A stretch of 53,882 bases of DNA from NCBI GenBank assembly GCA_945877525.1, contig CAMDVP010000001.1:1-53882 (forward strand). The letters are read 5' to 3'. The notes under the pieces are model-generated. The model worked only from the letters and a program-made list of their open reading frames with translations. It did not search any database and had not been told where the DNA came from. Source of the stretch: an uncultured Clostridia bacterium. GTDB lineage: Bacteria; Bacillota; Clostridia; Christensenellales; Aristaeellaceae. Shown here one piece after another: positions 52,341 through 53,882 of this stretch (positions are counted from its first letter, which is position 1; each line of letters opens with the position of its first letter). The translations under genes were made by a program, and so were the position numbers.

Positions 52341-53747
52341 ATGGCTTCAATTACGACGAGGAATGATCGCTTCTGCGTCATCTATTCATATGTTGATGAC
52401 AAGGGGAACCGGAGGCAGAAATGGGAAACCTTTCAGACACTACAGGAAGCGAAAGCGCGTAAAGCAGAAATCGAGTACAGTCAGCAGTTGGGAACCTTTA
52501 CGATTCCGAACTGCACTACTGTATCGGAACTTCTCTCTGAATATGTCTCTCTGTATGGAAAAACCAAATGGTCTATATCTGCATACACCGCGAACACAGC
52601 GCTTATTGCGCACTATATTGAGCCCTATCTGGGCAACCAGAAGATCAGAGAGATCACAGCACGGTCACTTGAAAAGTACTACCAAACGCTCCTCAAAACG
52701 CCGGCTGTACATAAAATGACGGATAGGAAGAGCAAAAAGACCAATACAACGGTAACGCCTTCAACGGTGCGCAGGGTTCATAGCCTGCTGAGAAGTGCCT
52801 TCAATCAAGCTGAGAAATGGGACTTGGTTGATAAGAATCCCGCTCGATATGCCACCGTCCCCAAGGCACAACCAAAGGAGCGTGAAATCTGGGATGCGTC
52901 CACACTCTTTCAGGCCATCGAATGCTGTGAGGACGAGCGGCTGAAGCTGTGCTTGAATCTGGCGTTCGCCTGTTCGCTCCGAATTGGTGAACTACTTGGC
53001 CTGACTTGGGACTGCGTTGATATTTCCGAAGAGAGTATTCTGAAAAACGAAGCGTCCATCTACATCAATAAGGAGTTGCAGCGTGTCAGTAAGAAGGCCA
53101 TGAAAACGTTGGAATCGAAGGATATCATCTACGCATTTCCTGAACAGGGGCAAGGAAACAAAACGCAGTTGGTTCTGAAGAAGCCGAAAACTCTTTCCAG
53201 TGTCCGTAAGGTATTCCTTCCAACGTCGGTTGCCAAAATGCTTGTTGCATGGAAGATGGAGCAGGATGCAATTATTGAGGCCATCGGAAGCGAATATGCG
53301 GATTACAAGCTGGTTATTGCAACCGCTAATGGCTTGCCCACTGAAGCATCCCGCATCAGAAAAGCGATGAAAGACCTTATCGCCGATAATGACCTTCCTC
53401 CGGTAGTGTTTCACAGTCTGCGTCACTCAAGCATCACCTATAAGCTCAAGCTGAATGGTGGCGACATCAAGGCTGTGCAAGGTGATTCCGGGCATTCTCA
53501 GGCACAGATGGTTACTGACCAGTATTCGCACATTCTCGACGAAAACCGGCGGCAAAATGCGCAGCTTGTCGAAAGGGCGTTTTATCAGGGGAAAGGTGCC
53601 GAAGTAGCCAGCATTGATCAGAAGGAGAGGTCTTCTGCAGCTGAGCAGGCAGCTGCGTCCGGTATCGATGCGGAGCTGTTGATGAAGATACTCAGCAACC
53701 CTGAGATGGTAAAGGTATTGCAGATGCTCTCGAAAACTGTGGGGTAA
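52341..53747 (+). CDS. int: Tyrosine recombinase/integrase with Tn916-Int-like arm-binding N-terminus
   Basis: SLRIGELLGLTW (Arg), HSLRHS (HxxR) and GHSQAQMVTDQYSHI (catalytic Tyr region). ATG at 52341 follows GGAGGA. Confidence 0.9.
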   Translation: MASITTRNDRFCVIYSYVDDKGNRRQKWETFQTLQEAKARKAEIEYSQQLGTFTIPNCTTVSELLSEYVSLYGKTKWSISAYTANTALIAHYIEPYLGNQKIREITARSLEKYYQTLLKTPAVHKMTDRKSKKTNTTVTPSTVRRVHSLLRSAFNQAEKWDLVDKNPARYATVPKAQPKEREIWDASTLFQAIECCEDERLKLCLNLAFACSLRIGELLGLTWDCVDISEESILKNEASIYINKELQRVSKKAMKTLESKDIIYAFPEQGQGNKTQLVLKKPKTLSSVRKVFLPTSVAKMLVAWKMEQDAIIEAIGSEYADYKLVIATANGLPTEASRIRKAMKDLIADNDLPPVVFHSLRHSSITYKLKLNGGDIKAVQGDSGHSQAQMVTDQYSHILDENRRQNAQLVERAFYQGKGAEVASIDQKERSSAAEQAAASGIDAELLMKILSNPEMVKVLQMLSKTVG

Positions 53748-53753
53748 TAATTT

Positions 53754-53795
53754 AGGCTCTTCCGTTCATAGCGAACCGAAGAGCCTTGTGTTTTC
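53754..53795 (+). terminator. Intrinsic terminator after int
   Basis: AGGCTCTTCCGTTC-atagc-GAACCGAAGAGCCT (one mismatch) followed by TGTGTTTTC. Confidence 0.7.
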
Positions 53796-53882
53796 AAAAT
53801 ATGAAAAAATGTGGTGACAAACGACCATATGTGAATGCTAAAATGGACTTGAGCCACTTTGGGTAAAATGCCAACGAATATT

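Larger units (their letters stand above)
1..53882. mobile_element. Integrative conjugative element, Tn1549/CTn4-like (Firmicutes type IV secretion ICE); element ends not identifiable in this window
   Basis: Relaxase, MobC, VirD4-like, VirB4-like, VirB6-like, PrgI, Maff2, PcfB, NlpC/P60, TopB, ParAB, XRE/ImmA, Xis-like and tyrosine integrase genes co-occur in one contiguous block. Confidence 0.85.

Noticed and set aside
53811-53844. An outward-facing extended -10 promoter at the right edge (GTGACA ... TGcTAAAAT).
   Set aside because: The spacer is 18-19 nt and the -35 is imperfect. The downstream sequence is outside the window, so it cannot be linked to any gene or to an att site.

Overview
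The window is almost entirely one integrative conjugative element (ICE) of the Clostridia Tn1549/CTn4-like kind. No rRNA, tRNA or CRISPR was seen, and neither element end (att site) can be placed. From about 40.3 kb down to 0.2 kb nearly everything is one tightly packed minus-strand gene train, with many overlapping or ATGA-coupled junctions. In order it holds parA-parB, a class B sortase with three Cna-B/SpaA-type surface proteins, PcfB, a VirD4-like coupling protein, Maff2, a VirB6-like protein, PrgI and a VirB4-like ATPase. These are followed by two NlpC/P60 hydrolases, DUF4315 and DUF4366 proteins, topoisomerase III and YodL/DUF4316 accessory proteins. The train ends with a 2,555-aa polyvalent ArdC-N/N6-methylase/SNF2-helicase protein, a secreted chagasin-type inhibitor, a CHC2 zinc-finger protein, MobC and a MobA/VirD2-type relaxase. 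The right part (about 40.3-53.9 kb, visibly lower G+C) carries sigma-like regulators, a replication module, a Y-family polymerase operon, an XRE/ImmA switch, Xis-like HTH proteins and a tyrosine integrase. Five observations read directly from the sequence stand out. (1) A complete tnpV-like gene with its own Shine-Dalgarno (SD) is nested in another frame inside the polyvalent ORF. (2) Two perfect-consensus promoters face each other and are overlaid by a roughly 30-bp-periodic operator array. (3) An SD-sequestering hairpin with a competing upstream complement lies ahead of a sigma-like gene. (4) Phased 45-bp repeats, each carrying a 13-bp palindrome, lie inside the putative initiator gene. (5) One protein consists of four tandem excisionase-type HTH modules. 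All family names are my own recognition of motifs; no searches were run.
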